Shown piece after piece: positions 1 through 13,645 of a stretch of DNA of 64,000 nt. Under the pieces are notes generated by a model. It was not told the origin of the DNA, did no database searches, and saw only the letters and a list, made by a program, of their open reading frames with translations. Where the stretch lies: the NCBI GenBank assembly GCA_013239625.1, contig MU054187.1, forward strand, positions 15,516,941-15,580,940, given 5' to 3'. Position 1 is the stretch's first letter, and every line of letters starts with the position of its first letter. Source of the stretch: Lama guanicoe. Its lineage: Eukaryota. A program made the position numbers and the translations under genes.

Positions 1-719
1 TCAGTGCAAGTTGTAAGGAGGGATGTTAAGTTATTTACCCTGCTTTTATGAAATGAACATTTAGAAAATAATTTCTTGAGAAATAAGAAAAAAAGATGGA
101 AAATAAATCCTAATTGATGACAGACTTTCCCAATCATAAGGAATGCTTGCAACATATATATATTCATGTAACAGCCATTGTGAGAAGTTCTCTTTTGAGC
201 TAATTTATGATTTTTCTATAATCAAGCACTCTGTCCTATTAAAAACCCAAAATACATTTTAAAATTCTTGACTAAGAGATTTTTGTTTATCTAATTTTAG
301 TTATTTTAATTAGGTTTTGTTTTCCCAAACCTTTATAGAAATGTTCTTGGCTCTGCCAATTTGTGCTGGTAAATTTGGAGGTACTTTTTCCAAAAGAAAA
401 TCTGTGTTTGGTTTTATGAGTAAGCATTTTCCCAAGATTTGAAAAAGGACTCCAGTCATACAGCAAAATAATTTTGCGAGGAAAAATGAACATATTGTCA
501 AATTAAGTCATTACACAAACCTATAATGCTGAGGAAAAAGTTGTATCTTATTTCCCATTTTATCTCATTGTCTTATTAGAAAGATTTACGTCTGTAATAT
601 AAAGAAAAAAATATGTCTGAAAGTTACAGGGATCAGTAAAATACAGTTTATCTTTGAGAATTTTTATTTTTAAGAAAATAATGAAAAACAATTTGCAGTC
701 ATTAACACAATAAAAAAAT

Positions 720-1110
720 TTTCATGCTTTGCGTCCCAGAATTTATATTTCTAGGAAATCTTTCAGATATATGCACAAAAAGATAGATACAGAAATGTTT
801 ATTGCAACATTACTGATAAAAACAAAAGAATAGTTACAAATTGAAATTCCTCTGTTACAGATTAAAATTCCATCAAGAAGGATTAGATGAAATGTAAGAT
901 GGGAAATTGCATATCTGTGAAAATGAATGAACTAAAATTAATGTATCAAAAATAAAATGTAATAATAATTGTAAAATAAGATGATATAAAAATGTGTGGT
1001 ACTGCTTATGTATATTTATAACAAAACACAAAAATACATGCTCTTCAAGAGTACACATACATGTATATGCAAATATGTTGAAAGATTGCAAGAGTGTATA
1101 TACTAAGTGT
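720..1110 (+). mobile_element. Ancient L1 (L1ME-like) ORF2-end/3' fragment
   Basis: 'cccagaatttatatttctaggaaat...gaaatgtttattgcaacattactgataa' resembles the decayed L1 ORF2 terminus (DPAIPLLGIYP...MFIAALF region). Confidence 0.5.
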
Positions 1111-1469
1111 ATATAAGAACTATTGGCGTTTTAAGGATTTGTCCAAGACTTCTAGATCTGAATTCATTTATGAGGATGCTGAGTTTAGTGATGAAGCCAG
1201 AGGTAGATCCCAGGATTCTGTGAAATGTTGGCTGAAGTAAGACACTATCATGAGTCTTCTCTTTATACAACTACGCTATTCTATAGCTAGATCCAACTTA
1301 CTGCTTGAGGAAAACTCATGTTATTTTTCAAAAATAACCAAGAAGAGCTATTGCTGTTTTGAAATCTCTATAACACCTAACCATTTTTTTTTTTAGTCTG
1401 TAAATTGAGATTGGAGTTTCCCCCAAATTTTGGTTTGAACTTGATTGAACTTTAACACACATAAAGTGT

Positions 1470-1985
1470 TTCTCTTCTGTGTTCCCCAGGCCCACATGGA
1501 GAACTTACTAGGCATTGTTACAAATGTAGTGCCTCCCCATCTCCCAGCTCCTGGAGCTCATTCCTTGTGTGGGATGATTCATCTACTATGTGAACTCTGG
1601 GTTAAAGGGTAATTTTCACAACCTAGCTCCCTTGTGGAAGATGAAGAGGTTACCTCTGTCAGCTAGGATGCTGGCACATGTCTGAAGCTCCATCATATGA
1701 CACTTTTGCCAGGGGCTTTGAGTACTGAACATGTGGCTCCAGGCAGGGTCAATGAAAGGACAAGATCATCACAGAAGGTTTGGTGATACCTGGGACTCTT
1801 TCAGTAACAGCAAAATTCTCAATAAAGCCTGCAGAGACAGCGGAAATTGACCGCATAACATGAGTAACAGCAGCCCTTTGGATTGTGCTATTTGTGAGCC
1901 AAGTTCTTTGACTGCATTTCTGTGAATAAACTTTTCTTCTAAAATTCCTTGGAGTTGCTATCTGTTGCTTGCGACCAAAAAGTGA
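1470..1985 (+). mobile_element. Old ERVL/MaLR-type solo LTR remnant (LTR16-like)
   Basis: GC-richer block ending 'aataaacttttcttctaaa...ctgttgcttgcgaccaaaa', the usual polyA-signal/U5 end of ERVL/MaLR LTRs; family uncertain. Confidence 0.45.
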
Positions 1986-3454
1986 GATCTATTAAACTTT
2001 CAAGGTGAATGAAACCCCTCAAATGGTCAAAAACAGAAGTTTTTAAAATTATGTCTATTTCTCCACTTTCTTGAACAAAAATGTAGAGAAAAGTAAAAAT
2101 TTCACTTTGAAATAGAATCTTGAAAACATTAGTATATCTATGTTTAAATACAAAGATGTTATACTGGTATCAAATTTTTTAAATACATTATGCAAATATA
2201 AGTTCACTTATCAGCAAGAATGCAACTTTATTTAAACAATTTTTTGTCATCCTTCTGTGCTAAATAACCTTCCTGTTTTCCATGCTAGATCCATGATACA
2301 AGAGGGATGTAAAGGGGAAAGCATTGTGCTGATCTCTGTCAGTTGAATGTTGCTGCTAAAGTTGGAAACCCACTAAATCAAAGTGTCTTAAAAATAAAAA
2401 TGAGAAAAATACACATTAATTTGTGTCCAAAATAATACTAGTTATTGATTTTAGGATGTGGAGTCAAAAAAAGAAAAAAACCACATAGGGATGGAAGAAT
2501 AAAGAACTAGAGGGCAGAAAGATACAAATACCAACATTTGGTAATAATAAGGGAAATATTTTGATTCAAATAGGTAGGTTATTTATGTTGTCAAAAATAT
2601 AAAATTAAAATGATAAAAAAATTATTTCTCATTTCTCGACCCAAGATTGTAATTTTTTGTCACATACCCTTCACACACAGATATCCATATAGTTTTATGT
2701 ATAATCTATAACATTTTATGATATACATTTTAATTATGTATTTTGGAAAAAATTAAATATTCTACAACAGTATTTATCACACATTATTCTGCAAATGATT
2801 GTACCATGAAATCCTAATACATGATTTATAAAAATAAGATTTTAGGGTCAAATTAAACTTAGAAGCATTCTATACAGTATCTCTTGCATTCTTCTGTGTT
2901 GTGAAACACAATAGATGTTAGAATATTAACATATGTGAGAATTAGTGACACTTAACTTTAGTAATTTTATAGATTCTAAATATGTATTTTTTCATAGAAT
3001 AGATTCCAGAAGCTTAATATTTCTTAATACAGGTTTGAAAAATTTTATTTTAATGTTTCTATTTTATTACATTCTAAAGATATAGTATATTTATTCAATT
3101 TACTATTATTGGACTTCAGATTGTTTCTTTTTTTAAATTTATGTAGAATTAAGATGGGATATTTTTATAATAATAACTTTTTGCACTTATTTTATTATTT
3201 TCTTATTGTGCTTTTCTATTGGTGGACCTGTTAGAGAAAATGTATACAAATAACTAGTTTTAAAGCTATATTGCTATATCCTTCAGAAAGTATATACTGA
3301 TTTACTTCCCTATCAGCATTGTTTGCATATTTGCAAATTTGTCAATTATAGATAGATTTAGAAAAATTGAGCACTTGTCTGAGCTATATTTATGGGATAT
3401 ATATGGAATGTTTTTAATTTGTAATCACTTTTTGTTTTAATAAATGAAAGTTGG

Positions 3455-3595
3455 GGAAAATATCTTCACACTCAGAATGAGCTGGAAGAGATTTCCTCAA
3501 AGTCACATAGTCATTAAGCAACAGAGCTGGTAGCTGGTTCTAGAACACAAGTTTCCTTAGTCCCTGTCGTGTTCTCTAAACCACTAAACCACACT
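3455..3595 (-). mobile_element. MIR SINE fragment
   Basis: 'atttcctcaaagtcacatagtcattaagcaacagagctgg...tagaacacaagtttcct' matches the antisense MIR core. Confidence 0.5.
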
Positions 3596-4089
3596 CCCTC
3601 AAGAATTTCCCTGTTACAGACCAAACCCAGCCAATAACAAGGAAAGTGCCAAATCCTAGTTATTGCTACACCAGTGCAGTCAAGAAATATGGGTTTTGTT
3701 TACCATTCTGCCATGCCCCAATTGTATGAACTTGAAGTGGAGGGGGTCCCTTTTAGTACAAACATTCTATAATAGTGAATGTGAGTAAAAATATTTACCA
3801 CCTTAGATATGAAGTTGTAAAAATTATAACTGTATCACTCTTCTTAATTTTGAGTAGCCTTCCTTTCTTTTTTTAAATGTTGGAATTAAGTGCTCTCTTA
3901 TTCTGTTTACTGTAAATAATGTTTACCATTTTATTGCCAATTATTATCAGCTGGCATCTAAACAAAATCAAGACTGGAAGAAAAAATTGAAAAAATTTGA
4001 AGAAATGTAGATAATTATTAGTGGAAAAGGAACTAGTGTAGTTCTAAGAAAATAAATATTTATGAATTACTTTGAGTCATCATTTAAAA

Positions 4090-5700
4090 TGTTTTTTTCA
4101 AATGGAGTTTTGATTTATAGAAAAGTTGCATGAATAGTACCTAGAATTTCTGGACACCTTTCAGCTAAATTCCCCCAAAGTTAATATCTTACTATATTTG
4201 ATTTTTCATTGTTTCTAGATAAAATAAAGAAAATTTTTCTCTGAACCATTCAAAAGTAAGTTGCAGACACAATGTCCCTTTACCATAAATACCTTAGTAA
4301 TTATTCCTAAGATTATAACCACTGTGCAATTTTCAAAAAAGGAAATTAATTAATATTGATGCAAGACTTTATTGTGATTATATTCATTTGTCATATCACT
4401 TTAGTCTCCTTAAATTTGAAATGATATATGTATATATTTGCATTTTACAACATTACCAGTTTTGAAGAATAGAAGATAATTACTTTTTACAATATTTCTC
4501 AATTTTAGTTTGGTGTTTTTTCAGGATTACATTGATGATATGCACTTTCAGTAGAAATACCATAGAACTGATACTGAGTTCTCAGTATGCCTGAGGGCAC
4601 CTGATACTGGTTTGTCTTATTACTGGCAATATTAATTTGGTCATTTGGTTAAGGTTGTTTCTGTCAAATTTTCCCTATAAATTTACTACTTTACATTTTG
4701 AGATCATTATATATCTGTGAGAATATATGCCAAGATACTATAATTATTTTGCTACTCTTGATGGACTAATTGTTAGAATCCATTGATGATTGTTAACTGA
4801 CTAAATCATAATGGCAAATGGTGATTTCAAATATCATTATTCTTATACATTTCTTGTTAGGATGTTACTGAAAGTTACTTTTCCCTACTTATATATTCAT
4901 TTATTTGTATCAGTATAAATTGTATACTCATATTTTATTGCATATAACCCCTTACTATAATTATTTTGAAATTCAAATTTTAATGCTAGTAAGAACTTCT
5001 TCAAGTTGTGTCTGGCCCCGTTTAACATTCCTCCATCATTCTTTGTGTGTTTATTTATAATGTGGCTCAGAATTATGCTAGAATTCTCTTGTAGTTTCCC
5101 TACCACAGTTCTGGAAACAGCCATTTTTTCCGAGGGTTCTTGGTTCCTTTAGAGGAAAGTGGTACTTAGAAACCAAAAGGCAGGCGTTAGATGTGCTCAT
5201 TGCTACTGAGGATCCATCGCTTCTGTACATTTTTAGAGTACAGAAACAAATAGTTATCACATTATGTTGGCAAGCCCAAGCCAGATGCACAGGCCTCATT
5301 CTGTCTTCCTAATTTCCATATTTGTTTCTTCCTTCTCTGAGTATGAAATCTGTCTCCCATTTCCATAAAGGTTTTAAGTGTTCAGACCTAGAAAGTATAG
5401 AATGTTATTTCAGAACTGCTTATTCATGCTTTTATCATAAAAGAGACTTTGACTTGGATTTAAATTTATTGTAAGTGCTTTTAGAAGGTATTTTCCCTTT
5501 TGTCTTTAGCTTGAGTGCATATATAGTCTAAGCACTGTGTTGAAAGAAACTCAGTTTTTATCTCTACCATCCTCCCTTCAAGTTGTAATGTTGTCCATTT
5601 GAATAAAATTATGTTAATATGTTTCTGTTTGTGTACAATTTTAGAATTTTGTGAATTTTATTTTTTCTGAGTGTTTGAAACATTAACATGACTATGGAAA
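4090..5700 (-). mobile_element. L1MC4/L1MC5-like LINE-1 3' region
   Basis: Starts 'ttttgatttatagaaaagttgcatgaatagtac', contains 'ctgaaccattcaaaagtaagttgcagacacaatgtccctttacc' and 'cagccattttttccgagggttcttggttcctttagaggaaagtggtacttagaaaccaa', which I recognise as antisense L1MC4-type 3' UTR. Confidence 0.75.
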
Positions 5701-5779
5701 CGTATAAATCTCGAAAAAAGGAACCCAATTAACATACTGAAATATGCTGGTGGTTTGTTCAAAGGAACTAGTATTTGCA

Positions 5780-6075
5780 AGAAAAGTTAGTAGATTTAAG
5801 ACATATTTGGAAGGTGAAATGAATATGATTTAGTAATGGATGAATTTGAATATGAGTCACATGGAATAGTCCAAGAAAAAGCTCAAAGGTTTTGTTTAGA
5901 TCAAGTTCATGCACAGTTGCAACAATCACTTAGATATTAAAAGATGGGAAGAGATGGTAAGTTGAATTTTTGAAATGTTGAGTCTCAGATGAGTATAGGA
6001 CCTTAAGTCGGAGGTTCAATAAGTACTTAGATACATGAATCTGATTCCCAAGGGTATTTTCTTGGCTAAAGTTAA
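5780..6075 (-). mobile_element. L2 LINE fragment
   Basis: 'agatttaagacatatttggaaggtgaaatgaatatgatttagtaatggatgaa...atgttgagtctcagatg...gatacatgaatctga' resembles antisense L2. Confidence 0.5.
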
Positions 6076-8330
6076 TGATTTAAACATCTTAACCACAGAA
6101 GAGGATAAGTTTTCTTGAGTAAATTGTAGAAGCACTGTAATCATAGTTACTAAAATTGACATTGTAGGAGGGAAAATGGACAAAAATTGAAAGAAAAGTT
6201 TCCTTCTTAATAATATTATATATACAGATGCATGTCAATGAATCTATTCATTTTAACAGAAACTCTGGGGATGTTGGGCTTGGAAAGAAAGCTTTAAACA
6301 GTTTGTGGGTAGGTGTAGTTTGAAGCCAGATTTTCTGGTCAACCAACTAGGACAGTTAAAGATGTGAAGATCTCCTTTACCAATGATTTTTTTTAGAAGA
6401 GCAAAACCAATAGGCCACATGGTTTTCACTAAACGGAATCAATTTTTGAAATGCACTCCCCTGAAGTGTTACAAAGCAACAATGGGCAGTAGGAGAAGGA
6501 AGAGAGTGAACCTATCTAAACTCGCACAGAATGACTGTCAAATCTATATACGACACAGTGTTTTGAATCCCTAATCTACTGGACATCTGTGAACTTTGAA
6601 AACATACTGCAGGAGTGTATTTGAAAGAGTTAATGAGGGAAGTCAAGAGCAATAAAAGATCACAAGACAAGAAGATCAGTCTAGCCAAAGAAAATGGTGA
6701 TAAATTGTAACCAGGTGTCTTTATTTCCTGATTCCTGAAGCACTGCACACTCAGCTTTCTCTGCTAGAAAGGGCAGCTTGTGAAATTCCATACAGCATTT
6801 GTCAGCTGTAATAATTCCTTGCAAGATCTCAGAATTATTTGCTTTAATCTTAACTACCTCAGAGGCAGATGAGATAAACTATTTGGACATTATATACGTA
6901 GTAGAAGAAAATCTAATGTTCATTGTGATTCAGGAACTTCATAGGAATACCTAATTGGCATTCTGATGTTTGCTATAATTCAGGACAAAGTAGGTCTAAT
7001 TGTGGCAATGCTTATGTTGCATGTCAAAAGCCAAGTTGTGAAGCATTCTGTAACTATATACTGACTTTTGTAACACAAATACTCAAATTCTTGTGAATGT
7101 ATTTCATACATTATTCATGCTTGCTCTGAATTTCTTTATAAGGCCAACTTTTCTTTAATTACACACTGCACTCTTTGTAGTATCCTATATTTTCATGTAG
7201 GTATTTGTTTTAGTTCGTATTATTTTAATAAACTATATGGATAGAAAAATAAACAAAGAACTCTCCAATCTAATAGAAGAGGATGAGTCAAAGCTTGAGA
7301 TGCAGAGCAGAGAAACTATCTGAGAAGAAGCAGACAAAGTATAAGAACATTTTCTGGTATTGGACCTAGAAAATACACTGACCAGAATGAGGCAAGAAAT
7401 AAGCCCTTGTCACCCAAAGGGATACAAGGCAAGGTTCCTACCTCCCATCTATGGTTTGAGGAAAGAGATAAATGATAGAAAAGTCTATTATATTTAAAAT
7501 AACAATACAGAAGAAGAAAGAATATTCTTCTGCTGCTGCACTGCAAGGAAATGCACTTTTCTATGAATATTTTAATGGAGCTGTTCATCAAAATATTTAC
7601 TCCCAAAGTTACTTTCCTCCAGGTGTTCCAGTCTTCAGGCATGAATCATCGGGGAACATCCTAGCCATATTGACCAGTGGGTAATTAACCCCATGGTATC
7701 TTGAAAGATGCAAGTTTTTTGGAAAGGAATATTTGGCCTTCTGGTATCTGACAGTTCAATGCTAACAGATGATTTGAGCCAGCATTGGACAACGATTCAT
7801 TTTAAAGAAGCTTAAATACAATTTCCTTGAATAAAAATCATGTACATTTCTTTTTATTCTTTCCTATTAAGGGTATTAGAGAAAAGAAGCTAGAATAAAC
7901 CAGTTTTCAAATTAAATCCTCTTATTTGAAAAAAGATCTCTTATTTCAAAAATAGTTGTGAACTTAAGGTAGGATAAGCAAGTCACCTTGCCATTATCTG
8001 GTTATTTTCTATACATTTTTTAAAAAGGAGAGGAAATAAAGTCAATCAAGAATCTAAAAAATTGCAAAAATGGCAACCTCTTACCAATAAATGAATTTGG
8101 GATATTTTAAGGCATTATTGTTTTAGAGGCAGAGAAGATATGCTCCTGGTTGGGGATGAAGAAGTACATCAAAATATCATGTTTGTGGAGAGTGGCAGAG
8201 ATGAGTGGTTTGAAAGCATCCTACAAATCACCATTTGATAAAATTTCTTGAACTAGAGAGTTTGTACCCACCCATATGAAAGAATAAAAGTGTCAAGTTA
8301 TTAAATATGAATAATAAAAAGAAACAAACT

Positions 8331-8897
8331 TATGCCAAAACTTGGAAGCACTAAGATGCACTCCGGTAAATTAATGGATGAATAAACTATGGTACATGCT
8401 CTAAAGGAAATAGTCTACCAATTAAATGAATAGATATGAAAATATTACTAAGTGAAAGATACTAGCCTGAAAAGACTATCTACTGTATGATTCCAACTAT
8501 GTGACCTTCTGGAAAGGGCAAAACTGTGGAGACAGTAAAAAGATAAGTGATTTCCAAAATTAGTGAAGAGGCAGAAATGAATAAAGAGAGTACAGAGAAT
8601 TTTGGAGGCAGAGAAACTACTCTGTATAATACTACAGTGGTGGATCATGTCATTATACATTTGTCCAAATCGATTGAATGTACAATAAGCGTGAATCCCA
8701 ATATGAAGTATGAACTTTGAGTGATTACAATGTCTCAGTGTAGATTCATCATTTATAACAAATGTACCATTCCAGTGGGGGATATCACTTGTAGGGGTGA
8801 GACGGTGTGCATGTTGATGGGGATATATGGGAAATAACTGTACCTTCTGCTCAATGTTACTGTGAACCTAAAGGTACTTAAAAAAATTTTTTTTAAA
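8331..8897 (+). mobile_element. L1MC1-like LINE-1 3' end, copy 1
   Basis: 'tactgtatgattccaactatgtgaccttctggaaagggcaaaactgtggagacagtaaaaagat...catgtcattatacatttgtccaaa...tgtaccttctgctcaatgttactgtgaacctaaa' followed by an A-rich end. Confidence 0.85.
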
Positions 8898-8898
8898 G

Positions 8899-9410
8899 AA
8901 AGAAGTGAGCTATCAACCCATAAAAAGGCATGGAATAGACTTAAATTCTTATTATGTGAAAGAAGCCAGGTTGGAAAGCCTGTACACCAAATTATTCCAA
9001 CTATATGACATTTTGGAGATGGCAAAGCTATGGAGGCAGTAAAAGGATCAGTGGTCACTAGGGGTTAGCGAAGAGGGAGGGATGAGTTGCCAGAGCACAG
9101 AGGATTTTTAGGGCAATGAAATACTCTGTATGATACTATAATGGTAGATACATGTCATTGTACATTGATCCAAACACAATATGTACAACACCATGAATTC
9201 TAATGTCAGCTATGGACTTTGGGTGATAATGATGTGTCATTATAGGCTCACTAATTGTAACAAATGTACCCCTCTGGGGTGGAGGATATTGATAGTCGGG
9301 AAGGCTGTGCATGTGTGCAGGCAGGCAGTATAAAGGAATTTTCCACTTGATTTTTCTATGTACCTATAACTGCTCTGAAAAATAGTCTATTAAAAACAGA
9401 AAGAAAAAAG
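8899..9410 (+). mobile_element. L1MC1-like LINE-1 3' end, copy 2 (head-to-tail with copy 1)
   Basis: Same blocks repeated: 'attccaactatatgacattttggagatggcaaagctatggaggcagtaaaaggatcagtgg...catgtcattgtacattgatccaaa...ctatggactttgggtgataatgatgtgtca...aacaaatgtacc', ending 'aaaaatagtctattaaaaa'. Confidence 0.85.
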
Positions 9411-11388
9411 AAACAAACTGAAATGCAAGCAAACAAAACAGAAACCCGAAAAAAGTGACTGATGTTAGGAAGATACCCAGAAGAAAACCCCTTGGCCTAG
9501 TCTGAAGCTTAATAACATGCAAATTGTCCATTTGAATAAAAGAAGAACATATTACCCAGACTGTTGGATATTTTCTGATTAGGCGGTAGGATATTTTATA
9601 GGAATGTTTCAAACAATTTACTGCATAAAGCCAAAAATACAAAGGAATGCTGATTTGCTTGATGAGCCCCATCTCCAGGAGAGAAACTAATGCCCAGACA
9701 AAATTGTGTAGGAGCCTCAAGTTTTCATTTTAGAGGGGAAAAGTAATCATTTCCCAGGAATTATGAATTAGGAAATTTATAATTTTGGCAACTCAGTTGT
9801 GTTAATTTTGTAAAATCTTATGTTTTTTTTTCTCATTTTTGTGATTAGCAGTAAAATCTCCTAGTTTGTTTATTTTTAGTGGCAACAACAACAAAAAAGA
9901 ATAAAGGAGACAGCTTCCCCTTTTCATTCCAAGTTTGGGGGAAGAGAAATCCCCAAAGGATAGATTAGCTGGTTGCAAACACTAATGTAGAAACAAAGAA
10001 AAATTAGCCCATTTGGGGATAAAGAAAAAAGGGGGGGGGCAGTGGCTGTGGTAGGGTTGAAGATGGACCCTGGATTAATGCATGTAAAAGACCTTTGAAC
10101 ATCTGTAGTAATAACACTGTTCATCATGTAATTTCAATATTAGCATCTTACAGACATTTGGAAGAAAGGAAAATGGTGTTTTGTTTTTCTTGATGAGAAT
10201 ACTAGAAAGAAGAAACTGAGCACAACTGAGAATAAATGTTAAAATAGAATGTTTATTATTTAGATAAGGATTATTTCCAATAATTACTATAATTTGTCAC
10301 TGGTAAAGTGAGATGTAGAGTCAGACCTCTCACTGCTTTTTTTCTCTTCAGCTGCATGGCAAAATAGGATATATTAGTACTAAACTACATCTCACTAACC
10401 TCTTTGCCTCAGCTATTGACACGACAAGTTGTTTTTATCTTGAAACTGTGCTAAAATACACTTGGCCTTGCCAGTGAGCTAAAATGGCTCACTGTTTTCT
10501 TGCCAGAAAACAAGAAACTAGCAATTTTTAAAATGGGTAATAATTTATGCTCTAATGACCTACACCTACCTCATTTTGGGTTATATAGTGCTTTTTCATT
10601 TAAATGTTTTAATGTATTCAAACTTAATTTATTACTAGTAAAAACTACTCAGTTGACATTCATAAGACTGAACGCCTTTGTCTTTAGCCACGTAGCAGGT
10701 ACAGCAAAGATATAATTTTGTAATATAAAATGCCCTACTTGATTGCACAGCACATCTACGTTGTGTTTGATGGGATGGAAATCTCCAGCTTGGACTGGAT
10801 ATTGTTTGTTTCAAGTTTTACTTTATTGTTATAAATTTCATTTTAGTTCTCATAATGTGTGTATTTGATTACTGGAGGAGATAATAATAATAGTAAATAA
10901 TAAGATAACTTACTTGCTCACTAAACATAATTCACTCTAAATAACAAAAGTTAAGGAATATAGGCCAAATAGAAATAAAAACTTCAAACAAACCTTTGTG
11001 GTGAGTAAGGACAGGCCAAGAAAAGCAGAAGAGAAAAAAGAAGAGAGAAATTTGGGAGGCAATTGGGTAATAAAGGGGAAAAGTTGAGGTCTTATCAAAC
11101 AAAAGAGAAACAAATGTCAGAGACACACAACCTCTTTTCCAACCATAAAAAAATAAACCCATTAAAGGTCTGGGTTTTTTATCTACTTTGATGTACTGAT
11201 AAAAGAGGATGCATTGAACTAGAAATTCTGTTAAACACCCAAAATTCACAAAATGGCAGGCAGGAAAAGAAAGAATAATATTTACATAATTAGAGTTAGT
11301 AAAAACTAAAGCAATTCATTCATACAAAATTAATATTTACAGTTGTGATTGAACAAAAATTCCCAGAAATAGAAAGCCTGAATCTACG

Positions 11389-11415
11389 TATATATATATA
11401 TATATATATATATAT
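11389..11415. repeat. (TA)13 microsatellite
   Basis: Perfect TA run seen directly. Confidence 0.95.
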
Positions 11416-13134
11416 GGAAAGGGGCAACTGGGAAACTGGGAGAATCATATGAAATCATCAGCCTTGAGAAATATGCTAGTAAAACTATTAGACTTAAAAG
11501 ATAAAGAAAAATAATTCTCAACATTACTATAAATACAATCAAGTAAATTGTAAGAAAAATAGTTATATTGGAAGCAGAATTTCCAAAATCTTGATACATA
11601 GCCTTTCTCTCCTTTACTTTCTGCATGTTCTTCAGTCTGCTTTGGAAAACTTCTGGGAACGCTTAGGAGATAAGTTGACCTTAGTGACCAATGAATGTGA
11701 ATTATGAAGTTGACTGAAGGGCTAAACTATTCTGATGGAGTAAACACAATAGAAGCATAGTGAATGACAATTTTGGGTAGCTATACTCTGGAAAGTTCAA
11801 AGCACTAACAATGAAGGCTGAGAAAAAGGGTGTAAAATTGATATCAGGAAAGTTTGACATGCTCTGTTTCCTCCATTTTTCCCAGTCCTCTGACAAGCTC
11901 ATCGTTCCTAATGTGCAGTAACTGCCCTAGAACTTTCAAACATCATCGGGTCAATTCTCAAACATTCTTCTAACATTGCATATCGAGGACCATGTAGCTG
12001 AAGATCTAGACCAGGATAACTGTGATGGATTGAAAATAATTTCTGGTGTTACAAAAAAGAAGACATTTTAGAGTTGTTTCATTTTCATTTCAGGTAACTT
12101 AGGTGATTATAAAATGACCTCTTAATTAAATTTCCCTTTTGTAGTCATCATTATCAGAACCAAAGAAGCATCTCAAGTCAGTGTATTGCAGATCAGGAGC
12201 AAGAGAGGATTTTGCCTCAGCAATTGGAAGAAAATGGCTTCACTAAGGTGTGGAGGATTATTTTTGGAACTTCTCAAATCACTTCCATTTGGGAGGTGTA
12301 ATTATTTTTATTACTTGCAAGTGAAGTTTAGGGAAAATAGATTTATAGCTTCTTATCTGGTATAATTATTTTGTATTATTTTTAATATTGTTTGAGATAT
12401 AGGCCTCTGGCTTTTAGCATTTAGTATTCTTATAAATTAAATCATTTTTTCTTAAGAAACATTTTCTTGGAACCTTGAATACATTAGTTAGAAAATATGT
12501 GAACCATATTATTTATATATATAAATAATTTGAAGTAAATAAGTTAAAATTACATAGATAGTATATAGCTTCAAATTTTCAACAGAAAAATAAAAAATCT
12601 AATTTTATATATTCTGTCCTTACTTCTTTTCTTCCTTCATTCATTCTTGAATAAGTCAGTTCAAGATATATTCAGTAGGACGGAGTAAAGTAGATATTCC
12701 CACAGTTTGAGGGAGGAGCTCGGTGCAGAATGTCAACAAGTAGGCAGATCGGAAAGATCATCCATTTGGGAATGGGACTGACTACGCTGAGGGCTACCTG
12801 GTTTGGGACATCCAAGCCCAAGTGAGTAAGGAAAGCATCTGTAGGAGGTACGGATGCCACTGTCATCCAGCCGAGTATATGGGATCTGAAGAGGAATGAA
12901 GAACGCATCCACAATAAGTAGCAGTGGCACTGACAGAAATTGCTTATGTTAAAAGGAAATTGATCAAGTTAACAAAAATTATTGGAAGTAATTGGAACCA
13001 GATGTTTTACTTGAATTGCAGGCCCAAGAAACCCACAGATTCATCCTCTGAACATACAAGGCCACCCAGAGGCCCCCACACTGCAGTGGCACCCAGGGGT
13101 TTACTGTTGAAGACAGTAAGGGAACACCAAAACT

Positions 13135-13645
13135 GTAAAGGGAGAAAGCAAAATTGCACATTGCCTGATAGTATATAGCGTGAAGGACACAGAGTCACGT
13201 TAGTAAAATTGCCACCAAAACATGTAACATTTGAATGCAATCATAAGAACACATCAGATAAATCCAATTGGAGAATAATTCTAAAAGACAATCAACCTGT
13301 AATTTTCTTGGGCTGAACTCATGAAAAACTGAGAAATTGCTTTGAATTGAAGGAGGCTAAAAGAAACGTGGCAACTAAATGAAAAAATTCATCTTAGGGA
13401 AGGAAGTTAATTCCAGAATCTTATTGGCAAAATTGAATGCTCTTTGCAGGTTAGAGGTATCAGTATCGGTTGTATTGTGGCTACATGAGAGAATATTTTT
13501 GTTGTTATGAACCAATCATTGAAATATTTGGAGTATTAGGGCAATTTATTGATAATTTACTCTCCAGTGATTCAGGAAATAAAGGGTTTTTTTGGTACTA
13601 CTCTTATAGTTTTTAAGTAAATTTAAAATTATTTCAAAATTAAGT
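13135..13645 (+). mobile_element. Ancient L1 (L1ME3/L1MD-like) 3' UTR
   Basis: 'catgtaacatttgaatgcaatcataagaacacatcagataaatccaattggagaataattcta...gaattgaaggaggctaaaagaaacgtggcaactaaatg...taagtaaatttaaaattatttcaaaatta'. Confidence 0.7.
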
